Shown here one piece after another: positions 26,106 through 38,819 of a stretch of 64,000 nt of DNA (within the stretch, counting starts at the first letter, position 1; every line of letters begins with the position of its first letter). The notes under the pieces were generated by a model. That model was not told the origin of the DNA. It worked only from the letters and a program-made list of their open reading frames with translations, and made no database searches. The DNA is from Mobula hypostoma (taxonomy: Eukaryota), in the NCBI RefSeq assembly GCF_963921235.1, contig NC_086097.1, positions 38,008,001 through 38,072,000 of the forward strand, in the 5' to 3' direction. The position numbers and the translations under genes were made by a program.

Positions 26106-26783
26106 AAGTTACAGAAGGAACGCATGTTAGATCATCAGGTTTTGAAGAGTATAATCCAGAGGTTTTCGCTGCAAGAGGAATTCCAAGCTTTGAGTCTCAT
26201 TGTATGATCAGCTCAGATTCAGGAATAGAGATGACACCGGGGGATGCTCTTGATTTGGCCAAAACTTTGGTGGACCCAATAGGGTCAGAGAAAGTAGAAG
26301 TCCAAAATTATATTGACTTATGCCATTCTGGAGAATCAAAAGCTCAGGAGTTAGCTGAGACATTCTGGGAAGAGAAGACGATGCCTTTTGTAGATAACGT
26401 ACCAGATGACACAGAAGCCTCCCCCGAAAACATGAAGAAGTCAGTTGAGGAAGCAAAGTTAATAGAAGAAATAAGCCCAAGCCTGAGTCCTGAAGAACCA
26501 ACAACGGCACCATATGTGGAAGAGCCTTCAGATGAAGATATCTCCGAGAAATGGGAAATGGGGGACACGCAGCAGAGTACTCACATAACTCCTACGTGCT
26601 CGGTGCCAGCTGAAGTTCTGCTCACTGAAATAGAAACCATAGTAGATCCCAATAGTGGGTGCAAATCACAGCATGAACAAGAGACTAAACCAAAGCAAGG
26701 ATCCGATGTAGTTCCAACTGTGACTGTATCAGAGCCTGATGACGACAGTCCAATCTCTCAAACACCTACACCCTCAAGTTCAG
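26106..26783 (+). CDS. RTN1: Reticulon-1 (RTN1-A) large N-terminal acidic exon, equivalent to mammalian exon 2
   Basis: RTN1 motifs SDSGIEMTP, TTAPYVEE and SDVVPTVTVSEPDDDSP..TP.SS. Acceptor ttttctttatag|AA, donor CAG|gtaatt, 678 nt, phase 1/1. Confidence 0.93.
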
Positions 26784-29149
26784 GTAATTATTGCATTAGG
26801 TTGCCAATGTTCATATACGTGTGTGTGTGTGTGTATTTATAATTGTCTTTTGCTCATTGCATTACAGTAATTATATTGTCTGTATACTGTATTTGTTGAC
26901 ATTCTGCTTTGTCATTATATTTTTCTTGGCAGTTGGTGTAAAAAGCTTTGAGTTTTTCCCCATCCTGTGGCCTTTCCATATAATTAGTAACAGTGCTTCA
27001 GCTCATTATTTACCTGTCCAATTAATGGAGCTAGGCAGCTTCAGCACCAGGGTGGCAAATAAAATATTTTTAAAAATTGCCACTGACAGCCAAATGCGAA
27101 AGGAAGCATACAAAATGCATTTCCAGAGGGAAGACTACTCTCCTTTGTACTTACTGAAATTAATTTGTAGTGTTTGATGGATGCATTGGCTGGTGTAAGT
27201 CCTGATTTAAAATGCATGTTGTAGATCTCTGGTTGCCCACTCATTCCTGCTTTTCTTTCTCTCTTCCTTCTTGATTATTTTCTTTTACTTATTTCAAGAA
27301 AATAAAATAGAATAATAAAAAATCCCACCTGTCTGCTTTTCTCCTTACCTTCCTCTTCTCTATGTTACTGTCTGTCTTCACAAGTGTCTGAATTATAATT
27401 TAACTGCCATCAAGTCACTGACTATATATTTAGACATTTGAGAATTTTTTCGTTAGCCTCTGACAAAATGTTTAATTCTGCCATATGCCATTGTATTTCC
27501 GCTAGACCTCGAAATTCATTCCCATTTAGCTTTGTTAGAGATCAATTGCAAACATGGCAAAGACAATGGCTTTTAAAACATCTGTGAGAAGGTGTCTACC
27601 TTGAGTCAAATTATTAATGTGAACTGCAGTGCAGAAGTGATTTCATTTTGAACTGGCCAAAATATATCCAGATTTTCCATCTTTGCAGAAATTTATGTTC
27701 TGAACCCATATAGTTACTCCCCAAATTTGCCATTTGGATGTGAGCTATTTTCTCTTCAAAGGTTAGTTCAACATCCACAACATCTGGAAAGTAATTAAAA
27801 TATTTTATTTTATAATACCGCCAATTCATGTATTACTTCAGCCTTTTTATTTCAAGATGTGCACCTGTCTGTTTTTCACTTTAGTTAAAAGAGCAGGATT
27901 GTGGATGGGTTGGGGTAGAAAAAGTAACTATATATTTTAGTTGCGCATGAATTTGATAAATAGCAAAATTCTATTTGGGGGAAAACATTTGCCCCTCTGC
28001 TTCTTACTGATTTGTACTTTTTCAGACTGCACAAACAATTGTTCAAAACAAAAATCAACAAATTCCATTATGTTGATCCCTTCTTTGTGATTTTTGTGTG
28101 AACATTGATGGTTATTGGCAGAATGGTTAAGCAGTAGATCACAATCTTGCTTGCCCATTCTCTGCATACCAGGTCATAGCAAAGTTTAGGTCACACATAT
28201 TCTTACTCATGATATCTAGAAATAATTATTTTGGCAAAAGATTGGATTGGCTCTGACATTTTGCTTTGATAAATAGCATTATTTGCTTCGTGCTAAAACT
28301 AGTATTAATTTTCTTTCTCAAGTCTCATTACAAATGGTTATTCTGTGGTAGTCAGTCATTCGAATTAGTATTCTAACCTACAGTTAGAGAACAATAATTT
28401 ATCAATTTGTATCTCTACTGATGACAAAAGAGTTGCTATTGACATTAATGTGGAACCTGACTATTTACACGTTTAATAAGAGTAAGCAGATTCATACACA
28501 TAATACCTGGCAGGACACTATTAAGAAAAAAATACCGTCCAAGGTTATAGTCATTTAGTCCCCAAGTTTTGCAGGCTGAAGAAGTAAGAATGAATAGTGG
28601 GATTACAGAGATTCTCACATTTAGAATAACCAGTTGGTGAATTCCTCCTTTGTTCCATTATCAAGCAGGGGAGTTTTGCCTGTGTGCTACACAACCTGCT
28701 TCAAATGAATAAGGGAATATTGAAAGACTTGCTTGTCCACAGGAATGGTAATAATTGGAAATCAATTTTTTGCACCTGCTAGTAGTTTGATTTTAAAAGA
28801 AGGGCTAAAGTTTTTAGTTCATGAATGGAAACAATTTTCAACCACAAAATTCTTGTGCCATGTAAGATCTTCAGGACTGTTGAGTAGCCACTTGTATGGA
28901 ATTGTCATCAGGATTTCTGAACTTGGATGCAGAATAGAGCAGATGGAAGCTGAAAGTTTCCTGCATGAGTGTTCCATGAGCTGGCCACTCCAGAGGTAGA
29001 GAAAGTTTAGGCCAGTCAATGAATAGCCCTCCAGAATAATAGGAAAAGGCACAGGGACTTGTTGGTATAGGGTTGGTAATCAGGTCGTGCTACATTTTGC
29101 AACACTTTGAAAGAGTGCATTGACACTAATAGGTAAGGAACTCCATGGG

Positions 29150-32100
29150 TGGAACAACAAAGCTCAATTATTTTAAGAGCTTTTAAAGTTACAGGGACAG
29201 ACAGATGTTTCATTAACTGTTATTGTGGGTTTCACGTGATGAGTTGCCTTCCTGATTCCAGGCTAAAGGATGTTCTAGAGGTACTGGATAGGAGTCGTGT
29301 GGTTGATAACAACATGTACCACAAGGAGAACAAATATTGTGGTCCAGTAATCTAAGGAGTCCTCAATATTTAAGGATTATGGACTCATGTCTAGAAGTTT
29401 GGACTACGGGCAGCAATTCTTAAATCACTGGAGGCATTCTGTGGCAGGAAGCATTTTTTCTAAGATGACATTTTGCACTTCGAGCACTATGATCAATATC
29501 TACGTGGAGAGGCTCACAGGTGTGATTGGAGAAGATTTAAACTAAATCTGGAAGGAGCTGTACACTAGAAATAGAAACATAAAAGAACTGGTGTTAGCAC
29601 AAGAGATGGGTTGTATTGTGTTGTGTACAGTTCCGGTTGCTACATTATAGGAAGAATGTGGTAGCAATAGAGAGTTTTCACAAGAGATTCACCAGGATGT
29701 TGCCTAGAACGGAGAGCTGAATTTACAAGAGGAGATGAAATATGCTGGAGTTTTCTCACGAGAATGCAGGAGGCTGAGAGTGAGCTCATAGAGGCTTATA
29801 ACGTCACGAGGAATGTGAATAGAATAGATAATCTGTCTTTTTCCCAGGACAGGGAAGTCTAGAACCAGAGGATTAAGGAGAGAGGGGGTGAATTTAAAGC
29901 AGATCTGAGGGGCAAGATTTTCAGACACAGGTTGTTGATGAATATCTGGAATGAACTCCCAGAGGAGGTGGTGGGAGCAAAAATAATTTACACCTTTTCA
30001 AGGATATTTGGATAGGATAAGAGAGGTGGAGAGTGATACAAGCCTAATGTGGACAAATGACAGAGTGCAGGTAGGCGATCAAGGTTGGTATGGATGACTT
30101 GGGCTGAAAGGGCCCATTTCTGTGCTGTGTAATTCTATGTCGAAGGACGTAATACCAAGTTAAATAGGGGAAGTCAGCGCAGAGCCATAAGAAACATCAA
30201 GGTAGATATGAAATCCATTAGATAAATAGACAAAATATAATGAATAAAATTGGTGAGTTGCAAGCATAACTGGTCAAATAGAACTTAGATGTAGCAGCAA
30301 AAACATAAATCTGGCTGTCAACTGGTTGGGACTGGGCATTTAATATTCATGGATACATTCTGTTCAGAAAATGAAAGGACGGTGAAAAGGTAGGGTGGTG
30401 ATACTAATTCAGGAATAGATCGTAGTGTTGGAAAGAGACAGTCTCCTAGGGGGCAAGATTAGAAAGGATTTGACTTAAGTTGGGAAATTAAAAGTGTATT
30501 GTCGTTCTAATAGGGGGAAGCCTACAGGGAGAGGGAGACATGATGTACAAATAACTAAATATTTCAATTAGTGGTGACATTGAGGACTGTATCCCAGTCA
30601 TTAGGTAGATAAATAATACTGGGGGAAAGGGAAAGGAGATTGGAGCAATTCCTGAAATGTCAGAGGTCCTTCCTTAAGTAGTACAGTATGTTATTGGCTC
30701 AATTGGGAAGAAAGCATTGCTAGATAGGGAGAATGAGATAGGTCAGGTGTTGGTGGGCAAACATTTTCCTTCATATTATATTATAATTTTAATAATGGAG
30801 TAGAGCATGAAACAATCTAACATGGGTGACAAAGGGAGGGATGATGTAGTTAGTGTAATGTGGACCCAAAGGTTGACCAGAATAAAAATTATAACATCAC
30901 AATGAGATCTTTGTGAAAGAGGTGAAGGAAACCAAAGCTCGTGTTCCCAGATTGATAAGAGAGGTAAATAATATGAGCAAAGAAAATAAGACGTTTGATG
31001 AATATCAGATGAATTCCACAAGCTAGAAGTAAACTAAGTAAAGTTAATTGAGAAAAGAGAAGGCTGGGAATGAGAGATTATGAAATAAAATGCAATTACT
31101 ATAAAAGGGAACCCAAAATTATCTATTAGCTTGTACAGTACTTTGAAAGGATTACAAAAGGTGGGCTGAGGTTTAAGGGAGGCAAAGAAAATAATATGCC
31201 AATGGATAAAGTACATAATGAATCATTTCTATTGCTGTTTTCTGAAGAAGGGGATATTGATAAAATGTCCAAAGAGGCAGAAATGACAGTAGTAATGGAT
31301 GAAATGAAACTTGATAGGGAGGTTTACTGGAAAAGTTGATTGTATCAGTCAGATGCATCCCAGGCTGATAAGGTAAATGGCAGTGGAAAGGTTTTTAATA
31401 GCCTTCTAATTTTCCCTGAATATGGAAATATGTCAGAAGCTTGTAAATGGACTGAGAGAGAATATTTTTTAAACTGCAGACCAGACAATATAACACCATT
31501 GTTTTAGGAGACAATCACGGGAACAAGTAGCAGGTGCTTCGAGAGATTTGACTTAATGAAAGAGAGCCAGCTCAGGATTGTGATGGGTAGATCATTATTA
31601 ACTAATATAATTGTATATTTAAGAATTAACAAGACCTTAGAAATATGGCAGATGTTGAGTAGGTGTTACCATGTTAAAGGTTGATAAATAAAACTGCCAC
31701 TTTCAGCTAAAAAGAAATTGGTAACAAGGATAGAACATTAAGTCAGAATAAATTGTTTTTCAGACCGTAGTGAGTAGTGTTCCCCAATAGTTGTGTAGAA
31801 TCACTGCCTTTATTTTTGATGCAAGTGACTTAGAAGTTGGAATACAGTGTAAAATTTCAAAAATTTGCTGATGCTTGAAGTAGCAAACACTGAGGATAAT
31901 ACCAATCCACTGTGTGGGTAGCAGAAAAGGCAGACAAATACAAATGGAATTTAACTCGTGGAAATGAGATAAATTTTGGCAGATGGGATGGAAAGAGGCG
32001 ATGTTGATTGAATGACATAGAGTCAATACAGTTCAAAAGGCTGTATTATTTGCCTCCAAATATTGATTCAGTTTCCTTCTGCAGTCATGGATTATTGCTC

Positions 32101-32800
32101 CTTCCACCCCTCTCAATCCAAAGGCAGATCTAAAAATCCGCATTGGGCAGGATTTATTAATAAAGTAGTTAGCAAACTATATGGGATCTTTTGCTTCATA
32201 CTGGTATTGAAGAATTAAGGACAGAAGTAAGGTAAATTGTGTTAAAACTCTAGTTAGGCCACAGGTAGAGTATATCATCCAGTTATGATTCTTCAAAGCA
32301 ACACACACAAAGTGCTGGAGGGACTCAGCAGGCCAGGCAGCATCTATGGAAAAGAGTAAACAGTCAACGTTTCAGGCCAAGACCCTTCAGCAGTCCTGAT
32401 GAACGGTCTCGGCCTGAGACAGCGACTGTTTACTCTTTTCCATTTATGCTGCCTGGCCTGCTGAGTTCTGCCAGCATTTTTTGCGTGTTGTTTGAAATTT
32501 CCAGCATCTGCAAATTTCCTTCTGTTCACGATTCTTCTAAGAAAGAGGGGGGTATCCATTAGATTGGTTATCAGGAGGTGGAATTTTAGCAAGAAAATAC
32601 TCTTTGGAGCAGTGTTGTGAAGGATAATACCAGGTTTATTCCGCTCAGAGAGTGGAGGAAAGACATTTTTTGGAGTACATGTGGTAACAATCAAGTACCT
32701 GGAGCTCTCTGCATTTGAGAGGGGTGGAAGTTACAATGGTCAATGACTTAAGAAGGAAATAGAATAGATACTTGAGGTAAATGGACACAGGAATGGGTTG
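29150..32800 (+). mobile_element. Cluster of old decayed CR1 sequence, including a better preserved 3' piece at ~29610-30140
   Basis: Scattered CR1 ORF2 and 3' UTR motifs (gagattcaccaggatgttgcct, gggctgaaagggcc..tctgtgctgt, aaatttgctgatg, gttaggccaca). Confidence 0.6.
32295..32529. mobile_element. Fold-back Penelope pLTR element with two opposed hammerhead motifs
   Basis: Long inverted arms. TSD gattcttc at 32287-32294 and 32530-32537. Confidence 0.8.
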
Positions 32801-33005
32801 CTGTACCGAGCCAACCTCTGAACGGTATCAAATCTACGACTATAGGTGGAAAGAAAAGGGAGATTTACCCTCACCTGATCATAAAGTTCTGTTAACATCC
32901 AGTTGAGTTTTAGAATTGTCAGTTTTGATTGTGTGCTTTTGAAATGACATAAAGAAAGTAACTATGCTCACGGAGCATATTTTCTGTCTGCATTTATTAT
33001 TGCAG

Positions 33006-33818
33006 AAGAATCTGATTCACAGATTGAAGCTGCTTACCATTTCCTGGAGGAGGAACATCCTTCTACCTGCAAGACTTCGGAACAAGCACAGTGCTTTCCT
33101 TTAGATGCCACAACTGAAAAGACACCCACAAGTGATACTTTAACAAAACTAGATGAGCCTGAGCTGAATGCGCCTCAGCTACAGGCAACAACCTTGGACC
33201 TTGATGCCAGCAGTGCTGAATCTGGAGACTCAGAAATTGAGGTAGTGCCAGATGAATCACTTTCTGTGGAAGAAGCTGAAGCTTGCAGCTACATGGCATT
33301 CAGACAAGCTGGTGGAGCTCCACCATCTTCTGTTTCTTCAGTCCAGTACAGCATTCTGAGGGAGGAACGTGAAGCTGAGCTTGACAGCGAGCTTATCATC
33401 GATCCATATGATGCTTCATCGGCATCTGAAGAAAGTGTCCAAAGAGAACAAGATTCCCCTTTGAAAACTGATAGCATGGGGAGAGAATCTGATGAAAAAA
33501 TCTTAACAATGGACAATCAGGAAGAATCAGAATGTCAGCTGAGTCAATCAGCGGAGTATCCTGTATCCTATGCCTTCGAGGGTACAATTGGGAAAGATTT
33601 GGCCACAACTGAAACAGCCAACCCTCAGAATTCTTCAGCACCTTTCGTTACACCTGAGGTAGCAGTTGAAGAGCTATATCCTGAAGAAGCCTCCGAAGAA
33701 ACGGCAAGAAAAGCAAGTGCGAGTAAATCTTCAGATGAAGCCAAGGCAAGAAAGGATTTGGGGAGCAGCCAGTCCATAACTTCTGGACAGTTTCTGCTGG
33801 TACTAAATAAGAAAAGAG
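33006..33818 (+). CDS. RTN1: Reticulon-1 (RTN1-A) second large exon, equivalent to mammalian exon 3
   Basis: Motifs ASSAESGDSEIEVV and SVQYSILREEREAELDSELII..DASSASEES. Ends LLVLNKKR, like RTN1 L.LNKQK just before the RHD. Acceptor ttattgcag|AA, donor GAG|gtaatt, 813 nt, phase 1/1. Confidence 0.95.
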
Positions 33819-36800
33819 GTAATTTAAAATATTATTTTGATACTAATTACATTAAAATATCTTCATTTTCCACTAATTTGAAACTCTATTTACCACTTCC
33901 CTTTTTATTTGGAGATATTAAGAAATATTACAGCTTGTTGTTTGATTCCAAGTGTGTTAATTAATATCTTTTATTTGCCATTATTTTAGTTAAAGTTGAC
34001 AGATTGTTTTCTTGATTCCATGGCCCCCTAGCTCAATGTCTATTTCCCTGACAATTTAATTATGTTCTGCTATGAATGGCTGCTACCCAGTCAAGTGAAA
34101 CAAAAACAGTTCAATATTTTGAGATGATGAACTTCTGAGTATGAACCATCTTAATGAACGAGCGATTTTCATGAGTTTGCCTTCTAGCTGTTTGTTCTTT
34201 GGAAGAGTTTTTATTGTAAATGGCACAGTCTGGGCAGATACTGTTAATATGCAGTGTTATCCTCCTTTGCCAATCTGCATCCTTGTGGCCAAGGTTAGCT
34301 AAAATAACCATTACTCCCTTTGCATTGACACTAATCTCTAGAAATAATGCAGACTAAATGCATACAACTGAACAAGAACCCTTTGAACAACAAAGTGGAT
34401 AAATATTCTTTTAACCTGCAGAATCTGAAATTTAATTAGAGGTTTATTTTGAAGTTTGATTTGGTTTAACAATATCTAGTAAATAAGTCAGCCCATTTTC
34501 CAGGCCTCTCCTTCAATGTTTGCCGTTCATTGAGATCCGGGTTCACCTTTTACCTTGATTTGTCTACGTAGCTCTTTATCAGTCATCACACAAGTAATAT
34601 GTTGTGGTCTGACTGCAAGATTAATGTCCCACCAGCAGTACCAGTTTAACCTTCAGAATCAGAATTAGGTTCAAATCAGATAAGCTAAACCTTCATTTAG
34701 CTCATCAACTCCTTTTCAAAAATCCTTCAAAACCTCAGTACAGCTCACCTGAAATCTTTTGCATTCAAAGAAAAAAAACATCTGGTTTATGTATTCTTTC
34801 CTCATAATTTAACTCTTGTAATCCTGATCACTTTCTCATGAATCTATGCTGAAAGGTTAACATCCCTTTCAATATATAATCCCAGACTGGTACACAGTGC
34901 TGAAGATAGGCCCTAACCAGAACTATATACACTTGTGGCAAATCTATATCCTCTTTGTATTCTATTCTCCTAGTTATAATGATTATAATAGCCACATCCC
35001 ATTAGCTTTTTAAAAAATCTGACAGCAAGATATTTCGGTGATCTGTGGTTGATCTGAAGATGCTCAAACTGAAACCTCCAGGGATTTGCTTATTCACTTA
35101 ATATATTTAATCCTTCGTTATAATTTTGTTTCTGCATAGCGTATTATGCTACTAATCATTATATCATTGGTAAACTCAAATATTTTGCCACTGTTGTGTT
35201 GTTAATTTAAGGTGCGTGAGGCCTCACCACAGATCCTTGTGAGATGCCTTTTTTTACTTTCTTGTAATTCGAGTGTATTATCCACTTCCCCTATTCTGTG
35301 ATCCATACAGCTAACCATTTCTTAAGTGAAACTCTTTTAAATACTGTACCTTCTAGAAGTTCATTTGAATCTTATCTGTCTACATTCCTCTGTAGCTTCC
35401 TTCAGTTATGTTTTTGAGCTACTGCTGTTGTTTCTTCTAAAACTCTAATCTCTGAATTTAAGACCATAAGACATTGGGCCGAATTCCCCAATTCTGCTCA
35501 TTTGGGTCTGCTCTGTGAACTTGAAGTAGTGGCTGGAGAGATTTCCTGTGATAAACCAATTTCTTGAACTTCGAGAAGGCCTCATGCATAGAAAATGTCA
35601 AATAGCACTGCGTTTCATCTCTCTTCCGTCCAGGCATTGTGGAAAAGCAGCGGACGCAGACTTCTCTTTTTCTATCTTTTAATTGAAAAAACATATCTGT
35701 AACTTCACCAGTAAATTGCTTTTAGAATACCCCAGGATATCAAGATCATTTGATCTGAAAGTGATACAAATTCTAAACAATAAGCAGGTGGAATGCATGT
35801 TCTTTGGGAGTACTAGTCACTAAAATAGACCTGGATATTATATGCAGTGTGCAGTCTGTTCTCATTTGAAACAGTATTATTGCGCCTTCATCAAGAATGC
35901 TTTAGTTAGTTAGATAGCATTTAAAAATTACATTGTTGATAACATTTAATTACTAATCCATGACATACTTCGCTACCAATGTTCTTACTTTTGGACTTGA
36001 GCCCCTGACCCACTGACCAGCCGTAAGATATCAGATCCTCATCCTGGTGGCATGGTGAAACTGCGCCCAAGCATCAGCATGGAGGTGTTAACATTCTGTG
36101 TCTGTTTGTTATTAGATACTCTCTTGAAAGATTTTTTTCCTGCACTCTAAATTCTCAATGAGTAAATTGAGGCACTCAGTTAGGAAATGGGTCCCGTTGT
36201 CTGGCATTTACCTGCTGAAGAAGAGAGTCTTTTGGGTAAACTTGAAGCAGTTGGACTGCTAGTCACTGTTTGAGTCTCACTTGAAGTTAATGCTGTACTA
36301 GTTCCCTTTGTAGTTTAAAATGAGAAGTTCTGCATGAATTTTTTACATTGTATTCAAATTACATTCCCGTCAGAATGGGTAATCCCACCTCGACAGTGAT
36401 TTGATTGAAAATGAATTGCTTAATTGAAGCTGATCTCTTTCTCCCTTATGATTCCTTCCAAACAATATTCAATTCTGTGTCACCCTTGCACCTTTAAAGT
36501 CAGGGTATTGTTGGTTCTAGCTGCCTGAATCAAAGAACTAGAGGTAGGTACCACTGCTGAATACTGCACAGGCTCCCTTTGATCAGGCATTAGAGTAAAA
36601 GCACAACAGTGCTCTCATTTGCCTGTCTAGCATCCACTTGTAGCATTGGATGGAAAAAGTGCAAATTCTCTCCTTACTTTAGTCACTGAGCTAAGTTAGA
36701 CCCAAGATTCGTGTTAATTTGGAATTACTCTGCTGATGTTGATATTTACCGGAGTATCAGATCAATACAAGACAGCTGGGAATACCATTTTATGACAGTT

Positions 36801-36886
36801 GCAGCCAAAAATGGCATTTACAATATTTTTTCTGTGTCTACTCCATTATGAGTTCCCTGTCTTTGGCTCAATGTTTTCCAACAACT

Positions 36887-37460
36887 TGAGAGGATTAAAG
36901 TATAAGATAAGGATGTGATGCTGAGACTTTATAAGGCATTGGTCAGACTACAATGTATGTACTGTGAGCAGCTTTATGCCCCATGTCTAAGAAAGGATGT
37001 GCTGGTGTTGGAGAGGCTTTCAGAAGATGTTTACAAGAATAATCTTGGGAATGAAAAGGTAACTATACGGGGAGTGTTTGATGGGCCTGGGTCTGTAGGT
37101 CTGCACATGCTGGAGTTTAGATGATTGGGGGTGGGGGGGAGGTCATCTCATTGAAATCTGCCGAATATTCAAAGGTACATGTGTAGAGGACGTTTCCAAT
37201 AATGGAAGAGTCTAGGACCAGAGAGAACAGCCTCAGAATAGAAGGAGATCCCTTCAGAACAGAGATGGGGAGGAATTTCATTAGCCTTAGGATGGTGAAT
37301 CTGTGGAATTCATTGACACCTTTACTGATCAAGAAATGATTAACCACTGCTTTAAATATTCCCATAGCCTCCAAAACCACCTGTGGCAAAGATTATGGGG
37401 AGAAGGGAGAAGAATAATGGTGTTGAGAGGGAAAATAAATGAGCCATAATCCAAAAGTAA
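36887..37460 (+). mobile_element. CR1 LINE 3' fragment with internal inversion
   Basis: MLRLYKALVR..YC.Q..AP.LRKDVLVLE and 3' UTR similarity. Confidence 0.85.
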
Positions 37461-38819
37461 TGAAATGAGATGTTTCTAAATATCAAAAAAATTGTTCTAA
37501 AGAGCAGTAAACAAGTAAATCAAATCAATATTTGGTGTGACTATCCTTTGCCTTTAAAACTGTATCAATTCTCTTAGGTACACTGTTGTGCGGTTTTATA
37601 AGAAAATCAGCTGTTGTTCCAAGCATCCTGGAGAACTTCCCACAGTTCTTCTGCAGGTTTTGGCTGTCTTGCTTCTGCAGAATGTTGTTGGGACGGATCA
37701 TACCCCTCCCTATAGGTATTGTGCGATGGATGAGAATCTGCACTTCTCAGCATTGAGGATTGCATTAATTCTGACCAGATAACCAACTCCATTTAGAGCA
37801 ATGCAGCGCCAACCCTTCAGGGAATATCTGTCGTGCTTCACTATTGGCTTCAGGCGCTCATCCATGTAGCACTCTCCAGCTCTTCGACAAACTGCCTCCT
37901 GTTTCAAATTTAAAATTTTCAAAAATCTCAAATTTTGGTTCTTCAGTCCAGAGCACTTGCTGCCATTATTCAGCACCCCGGTCCTTGTGTTTTTGTACGA
38001 GAGTGAGTCTCTAGGCTTTGTTTCCACTTTGGGGGAATGGCTTTTTGGTGGCAACTCTTCCATGAAGACCACTTCTGACCAGGTTTCTCCAGACGGTAGA
38101 GGGGTGTACGTGAGCTCCAGTGGTTTCTCTAAGTGTACAGCTGATAACCATGTTGGAATTCTTCCGATTTAGGAGAGACATCAGTTTGATGTATCTTTCA
38201 CCTGCTGCACTCAGTTTCCACGGCCATCCAGAGTTTCTAGTCCTCAATCTTGCCTGTTTCTTTGTGCTTCCTCGAAGGAGCTTGGACAGCACATCTTGAG
38301 ACTCTGCCACGAAATTTCAGTATGGGAGAGACCTTGCTGATGCAGGAATGGCCACCTTGTGTCTTGTTGCTGTGCTCACTCTTGCCATGGTGTAAGAATT
38401 GATGATTTGAAGGTTAAGCTGTCACAACTACCAAACCCTCACCTTTTAGTTTGGTTGTCCTTCACCAAGTTTGATTCTTTCTACACATGTTTTTGTTTCA
38501 GTTAATCGATTTTGTTCCGTCAGCTCATTATGTCATTGATAATTAGCACCTGTTTGTCATCTTTATTTAATTATGTACCGGGCTATATACCTACAAAGTA
38601 ATCAAGGTTTTATTTGAAAAGTGGTCTATTACTTAATATGTTACTTTCTTTAACAAAATTCAAAAATTTCTCTGTAACAATTGATTTTTTTCGGAAAATA
38701 TAAGTTTGGAAATCTATAATTTGCTCTTTTCTACTGACACACTAATGCAGAAGACAAAAAAAATTAAAACAAAATTTATATTAAAAAATTAAGGTGTCAA
38801 AGACTTTTGCACAGTCTTG
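37460..38819 (-). mobile_element. Tc1-family DNA transposon, internally deleted pseudo-transposase
   Basis: HTH region VHPSTVWRNLVRSGLHGRVATKKP, then QVLWT and the C-terminus SVPKRIDTVLKAKDSHTKY. TIR-like end acttttgcacagtcttg followed by TA at 38820. The DNDPKH-to-SPDLNPIE region is missing and the left TIR was not found. Confidence 0.88.

Noticed and set aside
26784..26842. ORF extensions beyond the splice sites (also 26084-26105 and 33819-33964)
   Set aside because: Intron read-through. Composition changes abruptly at the canonical splice signals.
27040..27060. REST/RE1-like TTCAGCACC
   Set aside because: Only the left half matches; the GGACAG right half is absent. A similar half site at ~37969 lies within the Tc1.
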